Positions 1 to 12,862 of a DNA stretch of 64,000 nt are shown one piece after another. The stretch spans positions 448,001 through 512,000 of the forward strand of contig CAWBCJ010000029.1 of the NCBI GenBank assembly GCA_963787255.1, read 5' to 3'. A program made the translations under genes and the position numbers. Under the pieces are notes generated by a model. The model had not been told where the DNA came from and made no database searches. It worked only from the letters and a program-made list of their open reading frames with translations. Each line of letters begins with the position of its first letter. Position 1 is the first letter of the stretch. Source of the DNA: Methanobacteriota archaeon (GTDB lineage: Archaea; Methanobacteriota; Methanobacteria; Methanobacteriales; Methanobacteriaceae).

Positions 1-380
1 ACAATCGTTTTCTCTTTATTGAAAGGCAAAGGTTTTTTGCCGTACTTTTTCCCGAATATGGTGGATACAGAGTCTCCAAAAAGGAGAATAATTATGGCAG
101 CATTGGCAACAGCCATGTTGAACTGGAAGAAATAGATGGTTATTATAATTCCAAGGAAAAAGTACACAAATCCTTTTTCGTCATCTTTTCTTTTACATCT
201 ACTTAAAAAAGCTGAAATAAAGAAAATATTACGATATCTATCTATTCTAAAAAGTATTTCAACAAATATAACGATGGCTATGCAAATAATAATTAAAAGA
301 GTTGGACTAAAGAACCAGCTTAGAAAAACAATAAAAATGCCTGATGCATGAATTAACTGTCTTAAATATTCTCCTTTCAT
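1..380 (-). CDS. SEC59/DGK1/VTE5-family polyprenol/diacylglycerol kinase-like membrane protein (partial, runs off left edge)
   Basis: Read manually on minus strand from ATG at 380: MKGEYLRQLIHASG...AIIILLFGDSVSTIFGKKYGKKPLPFNKEKT. RQLIH and GDxxSxxxGxxYG...KT motifs are typical of the family. Not in ORF track. Confidence 0.8.
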   Translation of the reverse strand, partial: MKGEYLRQLIHASGIFIVFLSWFFSPTLLIIICIAIVIFVEILFRIDRYRNIFFISAFLSRCKRKDDEKGFVYFFLGIIITIYFFQFNMAVANAAIIILLFGDSVSTIFGKKYGKKPLPFNKEKTI

Positions 381-422
381 ATCATCCGGCCATAGTTTGA
401 TTATAAATCATTTCTAAAATTA

Positions 423-2603
423 TCATGCCATGAATTTATCTATTACTCCATAATATGATTCTTTAAGTTCATCAATGCTTAAATCCACAATTTCATCATC
501 AATGATTAGATTTTTGCCTCTAACTTCCCCAATAATTGCTGCAGGTGCATTTATTTTCTCCAAAAATTCTTCTGCAACTTCACTTTTAACTGTAATAACA
601 AATCGTGCATTGGACTCTGAAAACAATATTTCAGAAACACTCATTCCATCATTTTCTTTAAGTACCTTCGAAGTATTTAAAACAGCCCCAATCCTGCCGG
701 AAATGGTCATTTCAGCGACTGCAATGCATAAACCTCCTGATGAACAATCATGCACTGCTGTAACTGCTCCATCTGCATCATTGCGGATTAATTCTAAAAC
801 TGCACTTGCAGATTCGAATTCAACATTCATATTCACTTTTGGAGGTTTACCCTGGACAACGCCGTGAATTGCCTTGTGATATTCAGAGCCGTCTAACTCC
901 GCGCCAGTTTTTCCAATAAGAATTATTTTATCTCCTTCATTTTTGAAATCCATTGTTCTTATATCATTTATGTCCATTAATCCAGCAACACCCACAACAG
1001 GTGAAGGATTAACAGTCACTCCTTCAGTTTCATTGTAAAAACTCACGTTTCCACTTATTACAGGAGTATTAAAGCGTGTTGCAATGTCTGACATTCCCTT
1101 TATACATTCTTTAAACTGCCAGAAAACGTAGGGCTTTTCAGGATTTCCAAAATTAAGACAGTCAACTATGCAAATTGGTTCAGCTCCCATGGAAATAACA
1201 TTCCTGAAGGCCTCAGCAACGGCTCCAGCACCGCCGTGATATGGATCTAGTTTAGTATGTATGCTGTTACAGTCTGATGTGAGTGCAATTGCCTTTTCAT
1301 TATCAATACGCAGTACTGCTGCATCATCACCAGGTTTAACTGCAGTCCTTACCTGTACCTCGTGATCGTACTGCCTGTAAACCCATTTTTTACTGGCAAT
1401 ATTTGGAGATGAGAGTAATTTAAGAACAGCTTCTTGAGGATCAATATCTTCTAATTCATGATATTCAACATTTTCAGATGGCCCGCAACCTTCATTATGT
1501 GGATTACATGAATCTCTTTCAATTAATGGAGGGTCTGCAAGAAGGCAGGTTCGGACTTCTGCTATGACTTCTCCTTCCTGTTTAATGACCAGATTTTGTT
1601 TATCAGTTACTTTCCCAATTGCAGCATGAGGAAGCTCATATTTTTCAAATATCGCCATTAGCAGGTCAACATCTTCGGATTTTACCACGAAAACCATTCT
1701 TTCCTGGGATTCAGAAAGCATTATCTCGTAAGGTGTCATTCCTTCTTCCCTGAGTGGAATATTAGTAAGTTCCACTTCTGCTCCGTTACCTCCTTTAGCA
1801 GCCATTTCTGATACACAACAGGTTAAACCGCCACCACCAAGGTCTTTAAGCCCTACAACGTTAACTTTATCCAGAGCTTCGAGTGTAGCTTCTAAAACCA
1901 TTTTCTTTGTAAAAGGATCGCCTACCTGGACAGCAGGTCTGTCTTCAAGCTCAGATTCAGTTGTAAGTTCTTCCGAAGCAAAAGTAACTCCATGAATACC
2001 ATCTCTACCGGTTCTTCCACCCATTAAGACAAAAATATCCCCCACATTCGGCGCAATACCCCTTACAATGTCTTCTTTTTTAACAAGACCTGCACAGACT
2101 ACATTTACAAGAGGATTAAATGTGAAATTTTCATCAAATTCTACTTCTCCACCTACTGTAGGAATTCCTACCCTGTTTCCATAGTCAGAAATTCCTTTTA
2201 CAACATATTCAAATATGTAGCGTGATCTTTGGTCTTCAAGAGGTCCGAATCTTAATGAATCCAGGAGCGCAATGGGCATAGCTCCCATAGAAATAATATC
2301 GCGTATTATTCCTCCAATACCCGTACCAGCACCACCATAAGGTTCAATTGCTGAGGGATGGTTGTGACTTTCCATCCCAATAACCAGTGCAAGTTCATCA
2401 GTAAGTTCAACAATACCTGCATCGTCTCCAGGGCCTAATATTACTTTCTCACCTTCTGTAGGAAATAATCTTAATATTGGACGACTACTTTTATAGGAAC
2501 AGTGCTCTGAAAACATTATATCCAACATACCGTATTCTAATGAGTTGGGTTCTCTTCCAAGTTCTTTTTTTACATATTCACATTCTGAGTCAGTCAGGGT
2601 CAT
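423..2603 (-). CDS. purL: Phosphoribosylformylglycinamidine synthase subunit PurL
   Basis: [35 protein letters not shown] and SGNVSFYN motifs. Start placed at MTLTDSE (2603); ORF track extends to 2618. Confidence 0.98.
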   Translation of the reverse strand: MTLTDSECEYVKKELGREPNSLEYGMLDIMFSEHCSYKSSRPILRLFPTEGEKVILGPGDDAGIVELTDELALVIGMESHNHPSAIEPYGGAGTGIGGIIRDIISMGAMPIALLDSLRFGPLEDQRSRYIFEYVVKGISDYGNRVGIPTVGGEVEFDENFTFNPLVNVVCAGLVKKEDIVRGIAPNVGDIFVLMGGRTGRDGIHGVTFASEELTTESELEDRPAVQVGDPFTKKMVLEATLEALDKVNVVGLKDLGGGGLTCCVSEMAAKGGNGAEVELTNIPLREEGMTPYEIMLSESQERMVFVVKSEDVDLLMAIFEKYELPHAAIGKVTDKQNLVIKQEGEVIAEVRTCLLADPPLIERDSCNPHNEGCGPSENVEYHELEDIDPQEAVLKLLSSPNIASKKWVYRQYDHEVQVRTAVKPGDDAAVLRIDNEKAIALTSDCNSIHTKLDPYHGGAGAVAEAFRNVISMGAEPICIVDCLNFGNPEKPYVFWQFKECIKGMSDIATRFNTPVISGNVSFYNETEGVTVNPSPVVGVAGLMDINDIRTMDFKNEGDKIILIGKTGAELDGSEYHKAIHGVVQGKPPKVNMNVEFESASAVLELIRNDADGAVTAVHDCSSGGLCIAVAEMTISGRIGAVLNTSKVLKENDGMSVSEILFSESNARFVITVKSEVAEEFLEKINAPAAIIGEVRGKNLIIDDEIVDLSIDELKESYYGVIDKFMA

Positions 2604-2643
2604 TTTATCACGCCGCACTTTAAATTAATCTTTAATAATTTCT

Positions 2644-5600
2644 TTATGTTATTTGGACGGTTTCATCCAGTTTTTTAATAGCTATTTTGAGGTTTTCATC
2701 TTCAATTTTCCAATCTTTAGTGTAATCTCCTTCCTGGAAACCAAATGACAACTCTTGAGCCCTTACTTCATGGGAAATAAAGCCCATAAATGGTTCAATT
2801 AAATTCTTGAACTCCTCATCACATTCAATAAATACTAATATATTGGCTTCCACGTCAAGATCTAAATCCTTACGCATGTCCTGGATTCTCCTTATAAGTT
2901 CTCTAGACATTGCTTCTGATAATATTTCGTTTGTAAGTTCTGTATTTAAAAATACATTTCCTAAATTGAAATCAGCACTTACGAGATTTTCTGGAAGTTC
3001 TGTTTCAAATAATATATCATTTTCCTCGAGTTCTATGGTTTTATCTTCCAGTTCAACTTTGTAAATCCCTTCATCATCCAAATTCAATTTTATTTCAGCC
3101 CCGTCTGCTTCAGCAAGTTTCCGTATTACTTTAGGAGCGTCACCTCTTAGTTTAGGTCCCAAGTTTTTCATGTTTGGTTTTGCAAGGATTTTGAGGTTTT
3201 CAAATTCATCAGTGACTTCTATTTTCTTTGTATTGGCCTGTTCCATTATAACGGCTTTAAGAGATTCAACAGCACTTAAAACATTCTTATCTTCTGAAAC
3301 CACTATGATTTCTTTTACAGGCCATCTAAGCTTGTATCTTGCAACATCTCTTCCCCTTGCGCACGCTTCTATGATATTTCTGACAATGTCCATGTTTTCT
3401 TCTAAATCTTTGTCAATAAGGTCTTCATTGAATTCCCAATTTTCCATATGCACGCTCTCGGGGGCATCTTCATCCACACCTTTAACAAGATTTTGGTAAA
3501 TTTCTTCTGTTATGTGGGGAGTTATAGGTGCCATTACTTTAATTAGAAGCTTCATAACGTTATACAGAGTATAATAAGCCCCTAATTTGTCAGGATCTTC
3601 TTTTTCAATCCATGTACGTCCTCTGATTAATCTTACGTACCATCTGCTTAAATCTTCTAATATGAAGTTATTTATAGCTCTTGTGGCTTTATGGAGATAT
3701 AATGAATCAAGAGCTTCTGTAACATCTTTTGCAAGTGAATTAGCTCTTGAAGTTATCCATTTATCTTCATCTCGAAGTTTAAGATCGTTTTCAGTGTATA
3801 ATGTTGGGTTGAAGTTGTCTATGGCCATGTAGGTTGTTGAAAATACGTAGACATTCCATAGGATGTTAAACATTTTAGCAACATTTTTCAGTTCATCCCA
3901 TGTAAATTTAAGGTCTTCCCAGGGTTTATTTCCCCAGAGAAGATAAAATCTAAGTATATCAGCTCCATACTGAGCTATCACTTCGTCAGGTTCAACAACA
4001 TTTCCAAGTGATTTGCTCATCTTTCTACCCTCTTCGTCAAGGGTGAAACCATGCATTAAGACTCTCTTATAAGGTGTTTGGTCGAAAGATATTACACCAC
4101 ATCCTAATTGTGAATAGAACCATCCTCGGGTCTGATCGTGTCCTTCTGTAATAAAATCGTAGGGGAACCATTCTTCAAACATTTCCTTTTCCTGTGGATA
4201 GTGTAACGCTGCCCATCCAGCGACTCCTGAGTCTATCCAGACATCTAAAACATCCAGAACACGTTTCATGTCGCCCCCACACGGACATTCAACTGTAATC
4301 TCGTCAACGTAAGGCCTGTGTATAAAGTCTCCTTCCAGCTTTCCTTTAACAGCACGCTCTTTTAATTCGTCAATTGAGCCTATAACAGTTATTTCTTCAC
4401 AAGATTCACATTTCCATATTGGAATCGGAATTCCCCAGTATCTCTGCCTCGAAATAGTCCAATCACGCGCATTTTCAATCCAGTTACGGAAACGGCTTTC
4501 TCCAGCCCATTCAGGAACCCATTCAACCTTATCTAACTCGCTGAGCATCTTATCTTTAATTTCTGTGATTTTAAGGAACCACTGCTGTGTTGCCAGGTAA
4601 ATGATAGGAGTTTTACACCTCCAACAGAACCCATACCTGTGGCGTATTACGTCTTCTTTTAATAAAAGCCCATGAACATCCAGATCGGCTATTATGTAAG
4701 GATCAGCATCTTTTACAAATTCTCCCTTGTATTTCCCTGCTTCTTCATTAAATAATCCTGCTTCATCAACCGGGCAGAATATTGGTAATCCATATTGTTT
4801 ACCTATTTCAAAGTCGTCAGGACCGTGTCCAGGAGCGGTATGAACACAGCCAGTACCTTCTGTTAGTGTTACATGTTCTCCAGGTAATATTTTATGTTCA
4901 AATCCTTTTTGAAAAGGTATTTCATCTAATAGTGGATGCTGATATTCCAAATCCTCAAGATCAGCTCCTTTGACCACTTTAACTATTTCGTAATCCTGAT
5001 CTTCAAATAAAGAATCAACCAGCGCTTCAGCCATTATGTAAATTTCATCATTAACTTTAACATAAGCGTAATCAAAATTAGGGTGTACACAAACTGCCAT
5101 GTTTGCAGGAAGCGTCCATGGTGTCGTTGTCCAGACAAGAACGTATTCATTATTCTCTGAATTCTTTAAAGGGAATTTAACGTAGATGGAAGGATCTTCT
5201 TTTTCTTCATAGTCAATCTCAGCAAGAGCTAGTGCAGTTTCGCATCGGGGACACCAAGTTATCACTCGAAGGTCATTTATAAGAAGATCTTTTTCATGAG
5301 CCTTTTTTAGGGTCCACCAGCATGATTCCATGTATTTGGTCTCAAAAGTAACGTAAGGGTTATCCCAGTCCATCCAGATTCCCAGCATTTTAAACTGTTC
5401 GGTCATAACAGCCTTATTTTCAATTGCAAATTCTTTACATCTTTCCACAAAGTTTGCAATCCCTATTTCGGTTTCAATTTGTTTTTTGCTTTTTAATCCA
5501 AGCAGTTCTTCGACTTTATGCTCGATTGGAAGCCCGTGAGTATCCCACCCAGCCTGCCTGCGAAGGTTAAATCCACTCATACTTTTAAAACGTAAAAATG

Positions 5601-5802
5601 TATCCTTTATTGTCTTATTCCATGCAGTTCCCAGATGTATTCTTCCACTACAGTAAGGGGGGCCGTCTAAAAATGAAAATTTAGGGCTATTTTCCCTTAA
5701 CTTGTTTGTTTTATTGTATATATCCTTATCTTCCCAGAATTTCTGGATACTTTCCTCTGTTATCTTTGTATCATATGATCGTGGGGCCTCTTTTATCGGC
5801 AT
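2644..5802 (-). CDS. ileS: Isoleucine--tRNA ligase
   Basis: DGPPY, HLGT (HIGH), [35 protein letters not shown]. Confidence 0.98.
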   Translation of the reverse strand: MPIKEAPRSYDTKITEESIQKFWEDKDIYNKTNKLRENSPKFSFLDGPPYCSGRIHLGTAWNKTIKDTFLRFKSMSGFNLRRQAGWDTHGLPIEHKVEELLGLKSKKQIETEIGIANFVERCKEFAIENKAVMTEQFKMLGIWMDWDNPYVTFETKYMESCWWTLKKAHEKDLLINDLRVITWCPRCETALALAEIDYEEKEDPSIYVKFPLKNSENNEYVLVWTTTPWTLPANMAVCVHPNFDYAYVKVNDEIYIMAEALVDSLFEDQDYEIVKVVKGADLEDLEYQHPLLDEIPFQKGFEHKILPGEHVTLTEGTGCVHTAPGHGPDDFEIGKQYGLPIFCPVDEAGLFNEEAGKYKGEFVKDADPYIIADLDVHGLLLKEDVIRHRYGFCWRCKTPIIYLATQQWFLKITEIKDKMLSELDKVEWVPEWAGESRFRNWIENARDWTISRQRYWGIPIPIWKCESCEEITVIGSIDELKERAVKGKLEGDFIHRPYVDEITVECPCGGDMKRVLDVLDVWIDSGVAGWAALHYPQEKEMFEEWFPYDFITEGHDQTRGWFYSQLGCGVISFDQTPYKRVLMHGFTLDEEGRKMSKSLGNVVEPDEVIAQYGADILRFYLLWGNKPWEDLKFTWDELKNVAKMFNILWNVYVFSTTYMAIDNFNPTLYTENDLKLRDEDKWITSRANSLAKDVTEALDSLYLHKATRAINNFILEDLSRWYVRLIRGRTWIEKEDPDKLGAYYTLYNVMKLLIKVMAPITPHITEEIYQNLVKGVDEDAPESVHMENWEFNEDLIDKDLEENMDIVRNIIEACARGRDVARYKLRWPVKEIIVVSEDKNVLSAVESLKAVIMEQANTKKIEVTDEFENLKILAKPNMKNLGPKLRGDAPKVIRKLAEADGAEIKLNLDDEGIYKVELEDKTIELEENDILFETELPENLVSADFNLGNVFLNTELTNEILSEAMSRELIRRIQDMRKDLDLDVEANILVFIECDEEFKNLIEPFMGFISHEVRAQELSFGFQEGDYTKDWKIEDENLKIAIKKLDETVQIT

Positions 5803-6015
5803 TTCAATTCTCCCTATTATTTTGATAATTAAGTAAAATGTAAGAATAAGCTGTTTAATAGAATTATTTGTATTTTCTTATATTTTTCATTTATTCTTGA
5901 ACTATATCTGATTTGCAGATATTTAAAAGTTAATGCATAAAAAAAATAATAACGATAATATTACCCCTTTGCACAATAGAAAAGAATATAAATACCTTTA
6001 ATACAATTATTTATT

Positions 6016-6083
6016 GCATCCCCTATAACAACGATACTTGTTTATTTTACTGATAGTATCGCCTCCGGGGGGATGCTACACCT
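6016..6083 (+). ncRNA. Candidate small structured RNA, H/ACA-guide-like hairpin
   Basis: Lower stem GCATCCCC/GGGGATGC, internal loop, upper stem CGATACT/AGTATCG, CTGA in apical loop and ACA at 6078-6080. Upstream TATAAATA (~5988) and downstream T-run. Confidence 0.55.
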
Positions 6084-6497
6084 ACTGATTTTTCAAAATA
6101 AATTTAATCTATTAATTAAATACAAATTTACAGTATCTACTTAGTCCCTCTCTTGTTTGAACTCTAATATGAGAGATGTCACAATTAACTAATTGAAAAT
6201 CCTGATTTTTGATAGTTCTGAAGTTTTTATCCATATTTTTGAAAAAAAGAGCTTATTAATAAGATAAAAAAAAGGATGAATTGCCCTTATTATATAGGAA
6301 GATTAAGAGAGGACTATTGAATAAGTAATTTGCCAATGTCTTTTGGAACATGGGTAATTAAAACTAGAAAATCTTTTTTTAAAGCTAAATTTAAACCCTA
6401 AAATTAATTAACTTATCATCCACACTAGAATTATAGATTTAATTAATGATATAATACTAACTAAACATTAAAAATAGAATTAAAGGACATTATTGAA

Positions 6498-7733
6498 TTA
6501 AAATGTCCTGAGTTTTCCTTTAACTAGCATATCAGTTATACTTGTAATGTCATCGAGCCATAAATCAATTACTTGTTCTACTTGTTGGTTGACTGATTCT
6601 ATTTTGTATCCATCTTCAAGAATCACCTGGGCACTTGCAGCTTTCGGATTATCTATTGGTTTTCCTATCTGACTTAAAAGCATAATTTGTACTTCTTTAA
6701 CCCCTTCAACATTTTCACTTATATCATTAGCTATTTTAGTTGATATTAGATTATATATTTTACCAACGTGGTTAATTGGATTCTTTCCAGATGTAGCTTC
6801 CATTGACATTGGCCGGTTTGGTGTTATCAGGCCGTTAGCACGGTTTCCACGTCCTACAGATCCATCATCTCCCATTTCTGCTGATGTACCAGTTACTGTG
6901 AGGTAATATCCTTCTTCAGTCTTGCAAGTGTGGTTATCTGCGGTGTTAATAAATACTTCAATGTTTCTTTCGGTTTTTTCTCCTGCTAATTTGGTTATTA
7001 TTTCATTAAGTTCTTCTTTTAGATTTATATAAGTATCGCGGTCGTCAATGTATTTAGATACCATTGCAGTGGCTACAGTAAGGGTGATACTATTATCATC
7101 TCTAAGTCCCATAACCTTTATATCTTCTCCAACTGCAGGATATTTCTTTTTAAAGTCTCTTGAGTTTAGCAAGTTCTCTGCAGCAAGTACTATATTTTCG
7201 GTTTCTGAAAATGGAGCAAAACCTACTCCAAATGATGTATCGTTAGAGGATGGTGCCCCTCCTTTTCTTCTAAATACATCTGTTAAATCACCGGAACCAT
7301 GTCCAATCTTACATTCTACAACTGTAGCAGTTTCAACGTCGAGATTTATAATATTTTCTTTTAAATATTCTTTGGCAGCGCTAATTGCTATCCGGTCCAA
7401 TCCCATTTTCTTGATTTCAAGTTTCCCGTCTTTTTCTTCATGAACTTCGGAAATTCCTCTACCGGTCAGGAGGATATCCATGGGCTTCATTATTTCCCCC
7501 CCGCCAAACACAGGATTTGATTCTCCGGCTGTAATTTGAACTTCATCGGTGTTATGGTGCATTATTTCCCCGAATCTTTCCAAATAAGAGTTGCATAAAG
7601 CTCTGCTTACAGATTCTGCTATTCCATCACTTATACTGTCTGGATGGCCTATTCCTTTTCTTTCTACTACTTCTACTTCTTTTTCTTCAATTGGTTTTTG
7701 AATGAGCTTTTCAACAAAAATATTCTTTCTCAT
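6498..7733 (-). CDS. mat: S-adenosylmethionine synthetase (archaeal type)
   Basis: [52 protein letters not shown]. Start MRKNI at 7733 with GGAGG upstream. Confidence 0.97.
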   Translation of the reverse strand: MRKNIFVEKLIQKPIEEKEVEVVERKGIGHPDSISDGIAESVSRALCNSYLERFGEIMHHNTDEVQITAGESNPVFGGGEIMKPMDILLTGRGISEVHEEKDGKLEIKKMGLDRIAISAAKEYLKENIINLDVETATVVECKIGHGSGDLTDVFRRKGGAPSSNDTSFGVGFAPFSETENIVLAAENLLNSRDFKKKYPAVGEDIKVMGLRDDNSITLTVATAMVSKYIDDRDTYINLKEELNEIITKLAGEKTERNIEVFINTADNHTCKTEEGYYLTVTGTSAEMGDDGSVGRGNRANGLITPNRPMSMEATSGKNPINHVGKIYNLISTKIANDISENVEGVKEVQIMLLSQIGKPIDNPKAASAQVILEDGYKIESVNQQVEQVIDLWLDDITSITDMLVKGKLRTF

Positions 7734-7939
7734 AAATAGCCTCCAAATTTTGAATATCCCCATAAGTCATAAAACGTAAATTAATCAAAATATTGATCCA
7801 TTTTTTGTTATTTTTCAAGTTATTTAAATGTATTTGCATATTAATATGGGATAGAGTACAATAAAATTAAGAAAACAAATGAAGAAAGTACTTTTTTATA
7901 AATTAAAAGTTATATCACATAATCTTGTGGGGAGCAATC

Positions 7940-8308
7940 ATGAATGTAATGGTAATAAATATTTCTAAAGGAACAGAAATTGGCGAAAGCGAAATTGCAG
8001 ATACATTTTTTTCCAGATTGAGAGGTACAATGTTTAAAAGCAAGCTAGAAAGAGGCCTTATTTTAAAACTCCCAAATACAAGGAGCAGGAGCGGTTCAGC
8101 TATTCATATGTTCTTTGTAAAATTTCCATTGGACATTATATTTGCAGGTTCAGACAAAAAAGTGGTTGACACAGTTTCCATCAATCCCTGGAAGACATAT
8201 ACTCCTAAAAAACCTGCAATGTATGTTATTGAAATGGAAAAGGGAACAATTCTAGCATCAAAAACCGAAATTGGTGATAATCTGGACTTTACATGTAAAA
8301 AAGCTTAA
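7940..8308 (+). CDS. DUF192 family protein
   Basis: [33 protein letters not shown] motifs; start at ATG 7940 assumed. Confidence 0.85.
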   Translation: MNVMVINISKGTEIGESEIADTFFSRLRGTMFKSKLERGLILKLPNTRSRSGSAIHMFFVKFPLDIIFAGSDKKVVDTVSINPWKTYTPKKPAMYVIEMEKGTILASKTEIGDNLDFTCKKA

Positions 8309-8361
8309 AATAAGGTTAAAAATGTAAATATGAAGATATAGTTAGATATTAAGTTTGGTAA

Positions 8362-8757
8362 TTACTGTCGTTCCTTTATTGAGTTTAAAGCCATTTGAGC
8401 AACCTTTCTTACAACCTGATTTTCATCCTTTGATGCTTCTTCTAGTGGGTTTATCGCTCGTTTATCTCCTACTCCTGAAAGACCTATTGCTGCAGCATAT
8501 CTAACGCTTGCCCTATCATCTTTCAGTAATTCAATTAATGGTTCAACAGATTTAGGATCTTCGTAAACAGCTAGTGAAAGAGCAGCAGCTTCTCTAACGT
8601 GACAATCATCATCTTTTAATGCATTAATTAAAGGATCTACAGCTCTTGGATCTGCTAATTCTGCAAGAAGTTCAGCAGCATCTTCTCTTCTATTCCATTC
8701 CCCATTTTCAAGTTCTTTTATTAAATTATCCAAATCTCTTCTTTCTGACTCGACCAT
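8362..8757 (-). CDS. HEAT-repeat (PBS lyase-like) protein
   Basis: Repeated PLIxALKD.D..VR..AA..L units. Confidence 0.9.
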   Translation of the reverse strand: MVESERRDLDNLIKELENGEWNRREDAAELLAELADPRAVDPLINALKDDDCHVREAAALSLAVYEDPKSVEPLIELLKDDRASVRYAAAIGLSGVGDKRAINPLEEASKDENQVVRKVAQMALNSIKERQ

Positions 8758-8815
8758 ATACTTCCTCCTTGCTATTCTATTTTGTTGTCCAAACTTTAAA
8801 TAACTTATTCATTTT

Positions 8816-9412
8816 TCAGTCATTTTTCATACCCATGACTTTCTCGATGGTGCGCCCGCTTAGTACTGATTCCGGCCTATCAACTAAAATATCATGTTCA
8901 GAATCAGCTTCACTATCTTTTTTCTTTAAAAGTAGCCAGAATTTTCTTTCACCTTTTCCCGTATGTATGAGCGCATATCCGCCCTTAAGTTTTTTTCCTT
9001 CAAGCTGTATATCCACGTGACCATCTTCAATTGTTCTTTCCATAGAAACTATTTCTCCATCTTTAGTTTTAACGTTTTTATAGGTACCTATATCCCAGAC
9101 AATCACAGTACCTGCCCCGTAGTTCCCTTCAGGAATAATTCCTTCAAAATCAATATAATCAATAGGATGGTCTTCTGTTGGGACAGCAAGACGTTTTTGA
9201 CCAGGATCTGTTGATGGACCTTTAGGTATTGCCCATGACTTTAAAACACCATTTACTTCCAGTCTGAAATCATAGTGGAGTCTGCTGGCATCATGTTTTT
9301 GAATCACAAATCTTGGAGCTTTAGGGAAGGCCTTTTTACTTGAAATAGGTTCGAGAGTCTTTTCAAAATCTCTTTTTTCTTTATATTCTTTAAGAGGATC
9401 TTTACCTTGCAT
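8816..9412 (-). CDS. Stand-alone LigD-type 3'-phosphoesterase (PE) domain protein
   Basis: YKEKRDFEKT, FVIQKHDASRLHYDFRLE, SWAIPKGPS, RLAVPTEDHP and YGAGTVIVWD are canonical LigD PE motifs. Confidence 0.93.
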   Translation of the reverse strand: MQGKDPLKEYKEKRDFEKTLEPISSKKAFPKAPRFVIQKHDASRLHYDFRLEVNGVLKSWAIPKGPSTDPGQKRLAVPTEDHPIDYIDFEGIIPEGNYGAGTVIVWDIGTYKNVKTKDGEIVSMERTIEDGHVDIQLEGKKLKGGYALIHTGKGERKFWLLLKKKDSEADSEHDILVDRPESVLSGRTIEKVMGMKND

Positions 9413-9460
9413 TTATTCACCTCTATTATTTAATAAGATCAAATAAGTATTAGAGGTGTT

Positions 9461-10150
9461 TTAAAAATCCTTAAATCCATTTGGATGCCCTAATACTTCC
9501 ACGCCCTCAAATTCATGGAGTTTTTTGGTATTTTTAATGTCAATTTCCCTCATGTGGATGGTAATTATTTTTCCAGCCGAAATTGCAGAAAAAGAGCACA
9601 TTTCAGCACATGCACCGCATCCAACACATTTAAGAAGGTCTATTTCTACTCCCGGAGTTATTGCATCTTCGGGACATGCTGCTGCCGAATCACATATCTC
9701 ACACTTATTACACAAGTCTAATTCAAGCTTTGAAGGTAATACAGTTTCTAAATCCCCTGATTCCAAGTCAACAGGGATTATAATAGTTTTCACATGTCCT
9801 TTACCAGATTGAGCAACTGCATTTGTAATTAGGGTGTCTGCAATGCCACTAACGATTTTCCCAATTGTATTGGATGTTGCAGGAGAAACAATCAGTAAAT
9901 CGTATTTTCCAAGTGAAAAACGTCCGGTTATAGGGTAACTGAATTTTTGATCCTTTTCTTGAACTAATTCATTATAATATCCGCCGGTTATTTTTTCAAC
10001 TCTCTCAAAAAGCCCGTACATTTTAAGAACTTCTTCACCGGCAGCTGAAAGTAAAACAGTTACATCATGCTCAGTCATTAATTTTTCAAGTAGTTCAACG
10101 CTTTCTAAAAGTAAATGGCCCGCTCCTGTAATTCCAAAACCTATTTTCAT
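9461..10150 (-). CDS. dmrX: Dihydromethanopterin reductase (acceptor), archaeal flavoprotein with 2x[4Fe-4S]
   Basis: [31 protein letters not shown] (AfpA flavoprotein family) plus two CxxCxxCxxx(x)C ferredoxin motifs. Confidence 0.85.
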   Translation of the reverse strand: MKIGFGITGAGHLLLESVELLEKLMTEHDVTVLLSAAGEEVLKMYGLFERVEKITGGYYNELVQEKDQKFSYPITGRFSLGKYDLLIVSPATSNTIGKIVSGIADTLITNAVAQSGKGHVKTIIIPVDLESGDLETVLPSKLELDLCNKCEICDSAAACPEDAITPGVEIDLLKCVGCGACAEMCSFSAISAGKIITIHMREIDIKNTKKLHEFEGVEVLGHPNGFKDF

Positions 10151-10277
10151 TTTATCGCTCCTTAAAGAATAAGAATAATGCAGTAATTAGAAAATATTTA
10201 GGATATTATATGAAACAACTGGTATTTAAAATTAGATTAGCTGAAAAAAAGGAATGAATATAAAAAAAAGAAATGAA

Positions 10278-11546
10278 TTAGAATTCAATGTATTTGTAAG
10301 CTTCATCCTCTTCAAATGCGTAATGAACCTTTGTGTATTGACCCATGAACTCAGCAACGGCTTCTTTAACATTTTTGCCATCCATAGCAACGCTTTTGAT
10401 GAATTCAGCAACTTCCACCATTTGAGCTTCTTTTAATCCTCTTCTGGTGATTTCTTGACTACCTACTCTTATTCCTGATGGATCATCTGTTCGTTTACGG
10501 TCATCCCATGGGAGAAGATTCTTATTTAAAATGATATTGTTTCTTTCCATGTCCTTGGCCATTTTAGCGGCGCTTCCTATTTTTTTAACATCAATTGCCA
10601 CCTGATGGGATTCTGTAAAATCCTGATCTTCGCATAGAACATCAAAACCTAGCTCATAAAGGCTTTGAGCAAGTGCTTTGGCATTTTTAATTATTTGATC
10701 AGCATAATCTGCTCCAAATTCAAGCATTTCTGCTAATGTGATACCTAAACCTGCAACGTGATGGAGGTGATGGTTACTCACAACTCCTGGAAATACTGCT
10801 TCATCAATTGTATCCTTTAATTCTTCAGTACATAGCATTATACCGCCTTGAGGGCCAGGAAAAGTCTTGTGTGTACTTCCAACAAGTAAGTCAGCACCTT
10901 CTTTAAGTGGATCCTGGAATTTACCTCCAGCTATAAGGCCAAGAACATGAGCTCCGTCGTACATGACTTTTGCACCCACTTCATCAGCTGCTTCTCTTGC
11001 TTCTTTCACTGGATGGGGGAATAAAAATAAACTTCCACCAAGGAGAACCACTTTCGGCTTATTTTTTATTATTTCCTTTTTCATTGCATCAGCGTCAATG
11101 TTCATCTTTTCATTATCAAAAGGATGTGATAGAATCCTTAATCCTCTTATTCCAGCCGCACTAACTTCAGCATGGCTTATGTGGCCTCCAACAGGTACAT
11201 TTAAAGCCATTAAAAGATCGTTTGGTTTTGTAAGGGCGAAAAACGATGCTAAATTTGCAACTACTCCTGAGTTTGGCTGTACATTTGCATGAGGGGCATT
11301 AAATAATCTTTTAGAAAGATCTATTGCTAGATTTTCAATGGTATCTATGTATTCACAGCCTTCATAGAGTCTTTCACAAGGAAGACCTTCTGCATACCTG
11401 TGGGATAGGTCAGATGCCAGCGCTTCTCTTACGGCAGTGCTTGTGATATTTTCACTTGCTATAAGATTTATACTGTCTTCCATCCATTTATGATGTTCTT
11501 TAGTCAGTTCTTTGATTTTCAAAGCGTATTTTTCATTTTCGAACAT
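10278..11546 (-). CDS. glyA: Serine hydroxymethyltransferase (archaeal)
   Basis: [37 protein letters not shown] (PLP lysine). Confidence 0.97.
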   Translation of the reverse strand: MFENEKYALKIKELTKEHHKWMEDSINLIASENITSTAVREALASDLSHRYAEGLPCERLYEGCEYIDTIENLAIDLSKRLFNAPHANVQPNSGVVANLASFFALTKPNDLLMALNVPVGGHISHAEVSAAGIRGLRILSHPFDNEKMNIDADAMKKEIIKNKPKVVLLGGSLFLFPHPVKEAREAADEVGAKVMYDGAHVLGLIAGGKFQDPLKEGADLLVGSTHKTFPGPQGGIMLCTEELKDTIDEAVFPGVVSNHHLHHVAGLGITLAEMLEFGADYADQIIKNAKALAQSLYELGFDVLCEDQDFTESHQVAIDVKKIGSAAKMAKDMERNNIILNKNLLPWDDRKRTDDPSGIRVGSQEITRRGLKEAQMVEVAEFIKSVAMDGKNVKEAVAEFMGQYTKVHYAFEEDEAYKYIEF

Positions 11547-11723
11547 TAATTATCCTCCGAGTAAAAATAAGTTTAGTTAGATTGATGTAGATATGTATAA
11601 AATAAATGAGTATATAATACTTTCAAAAATGATGACTTATTATTATGATATTTTAAATAATCATCTGACTTATTTATATTTAATTGAAAAAAAATTATGA
11701 TATAGAATGAAAACTAAGAGAAT

Positions 11724-12416
11724 TTATTCTTCTTTAAAAAACATTTTAGTCTGCATTTCTTCTAAATTAGATACTATACGGGATAGTTCACTTGCAGGGA
11801 TGCTTATCATGACGTCTTCGGGATTAACATTCATATTTTGCCTTGCCCCTACGTCTCCAAATCCGTAGGTGACTTTTCCAGTTAGATAAGGAATTGCAGC
11901 CATTGAACTGCATATTGGCCCAGAATCAGCGCCTAATCCATGCGCACCTGAATCGTAGGCGTTTGCATGGAGTATTTCCATCCCTTGATTTGCCTTGCAG
12001 ACGATAAATATTACATCTGGCTCGAATTCTGCCTTTTTAAGGGGAGCAAATACCACTGCTTGAAATATTCCCGGTTCTACATTCAGATTCTGTTTCCAAG
12101 AACGCTGAACCGCAGGAATATTCTTGTAAACACCCATTGGAACCAAAAATGCACCACTTTGCATGTTTGCAGGGAATTCGCACTTATCTTTAAGTCCAGA
12201 ATATCTTGCACCGCCCATGCATTCTTCTTCCTCTGCTGTTGCATAAAATATTTCTCCATTCATAGCTTTTTCAAGTTTTGTGCAGAATCTTGATTTCCCT
12301 TTTTCTTTTTCAATATCTCTTGGTTCTTTTACAGACCATTTTATAGCTACAGGTTCATTTTCTAACTTTAAAAGTTCTTTTATTTTCTCCCCTAATTCAT
12401 TGTACATAAATTTCAC
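11724..12416 (-). CDS. DUF169 family protein
   Basis: LKLENEPVAIK, RFC, CMGG, VVFAPLKKAEFEPDVIF, GPICS, GDVGAR pattern. Confidence 0.8.
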   Translation of the reverse strand: MKFMYNELGEKIKELLKLENEPVAIKWSVKEPRDIEKEKGKSRFCTKLEKAMNGEIFYATAEEEECMGGARYSGLKDKCEFPANMQSGAFLVPMGVYKNIPAVQRSWKQNLNVEPGIFQAVVFAPLKKAEFEPDVIFIVCKANQGMEILHANAYDSGAHGLGADSGPICSSMAAIPYLTGKVTYGFGDVGARQNMNVNPEDVMISIPASELSRIVSNLEEMQTKMFFKEE

Positions 12417-12862
12417 CAGTTGAATTTTGTATTCAATGCAAAGAATTCCTTGTTAATATTTAGGTATAATTTAATATACAATTTCTCATATTGAATAATT
12501 TGATAAGGGAATATGCAGAGCTGCAGTAATATAGTATAATTACCGATATTTTTCATTATTAATTCTATTAATCAGGTTTATTCTGCAGTTTTGAGATGTG
12601 CTAAGAATAAGATAAACATTTTAAGACCATTAACGACTTTAATCTTTTTAATAGTGGTTATCATCGATGTTAGGTGCAATTTCATCAGTAAAATAAATCT
12701 TTAGACAAAATAAATTATTTTTACATTTTTTTAAAGCTTAAAGTCTAGATTTAAACAAAATTAGTTGATTATTAATTATTTAATTGATAAAAATAACGCC
12801 ATAAATAAGTAATATTTGAGCATGAAATTGTAAAAATAAAAAAAATAAAGGAGTATAATCCT

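Noticed and set aside
6016-6080. tRNA-like acceptor stem GCATCCC/GGGATGC
   Set aside because: No D arm, T-loop (GTTCRA) or cloverleaf; not a tRNA
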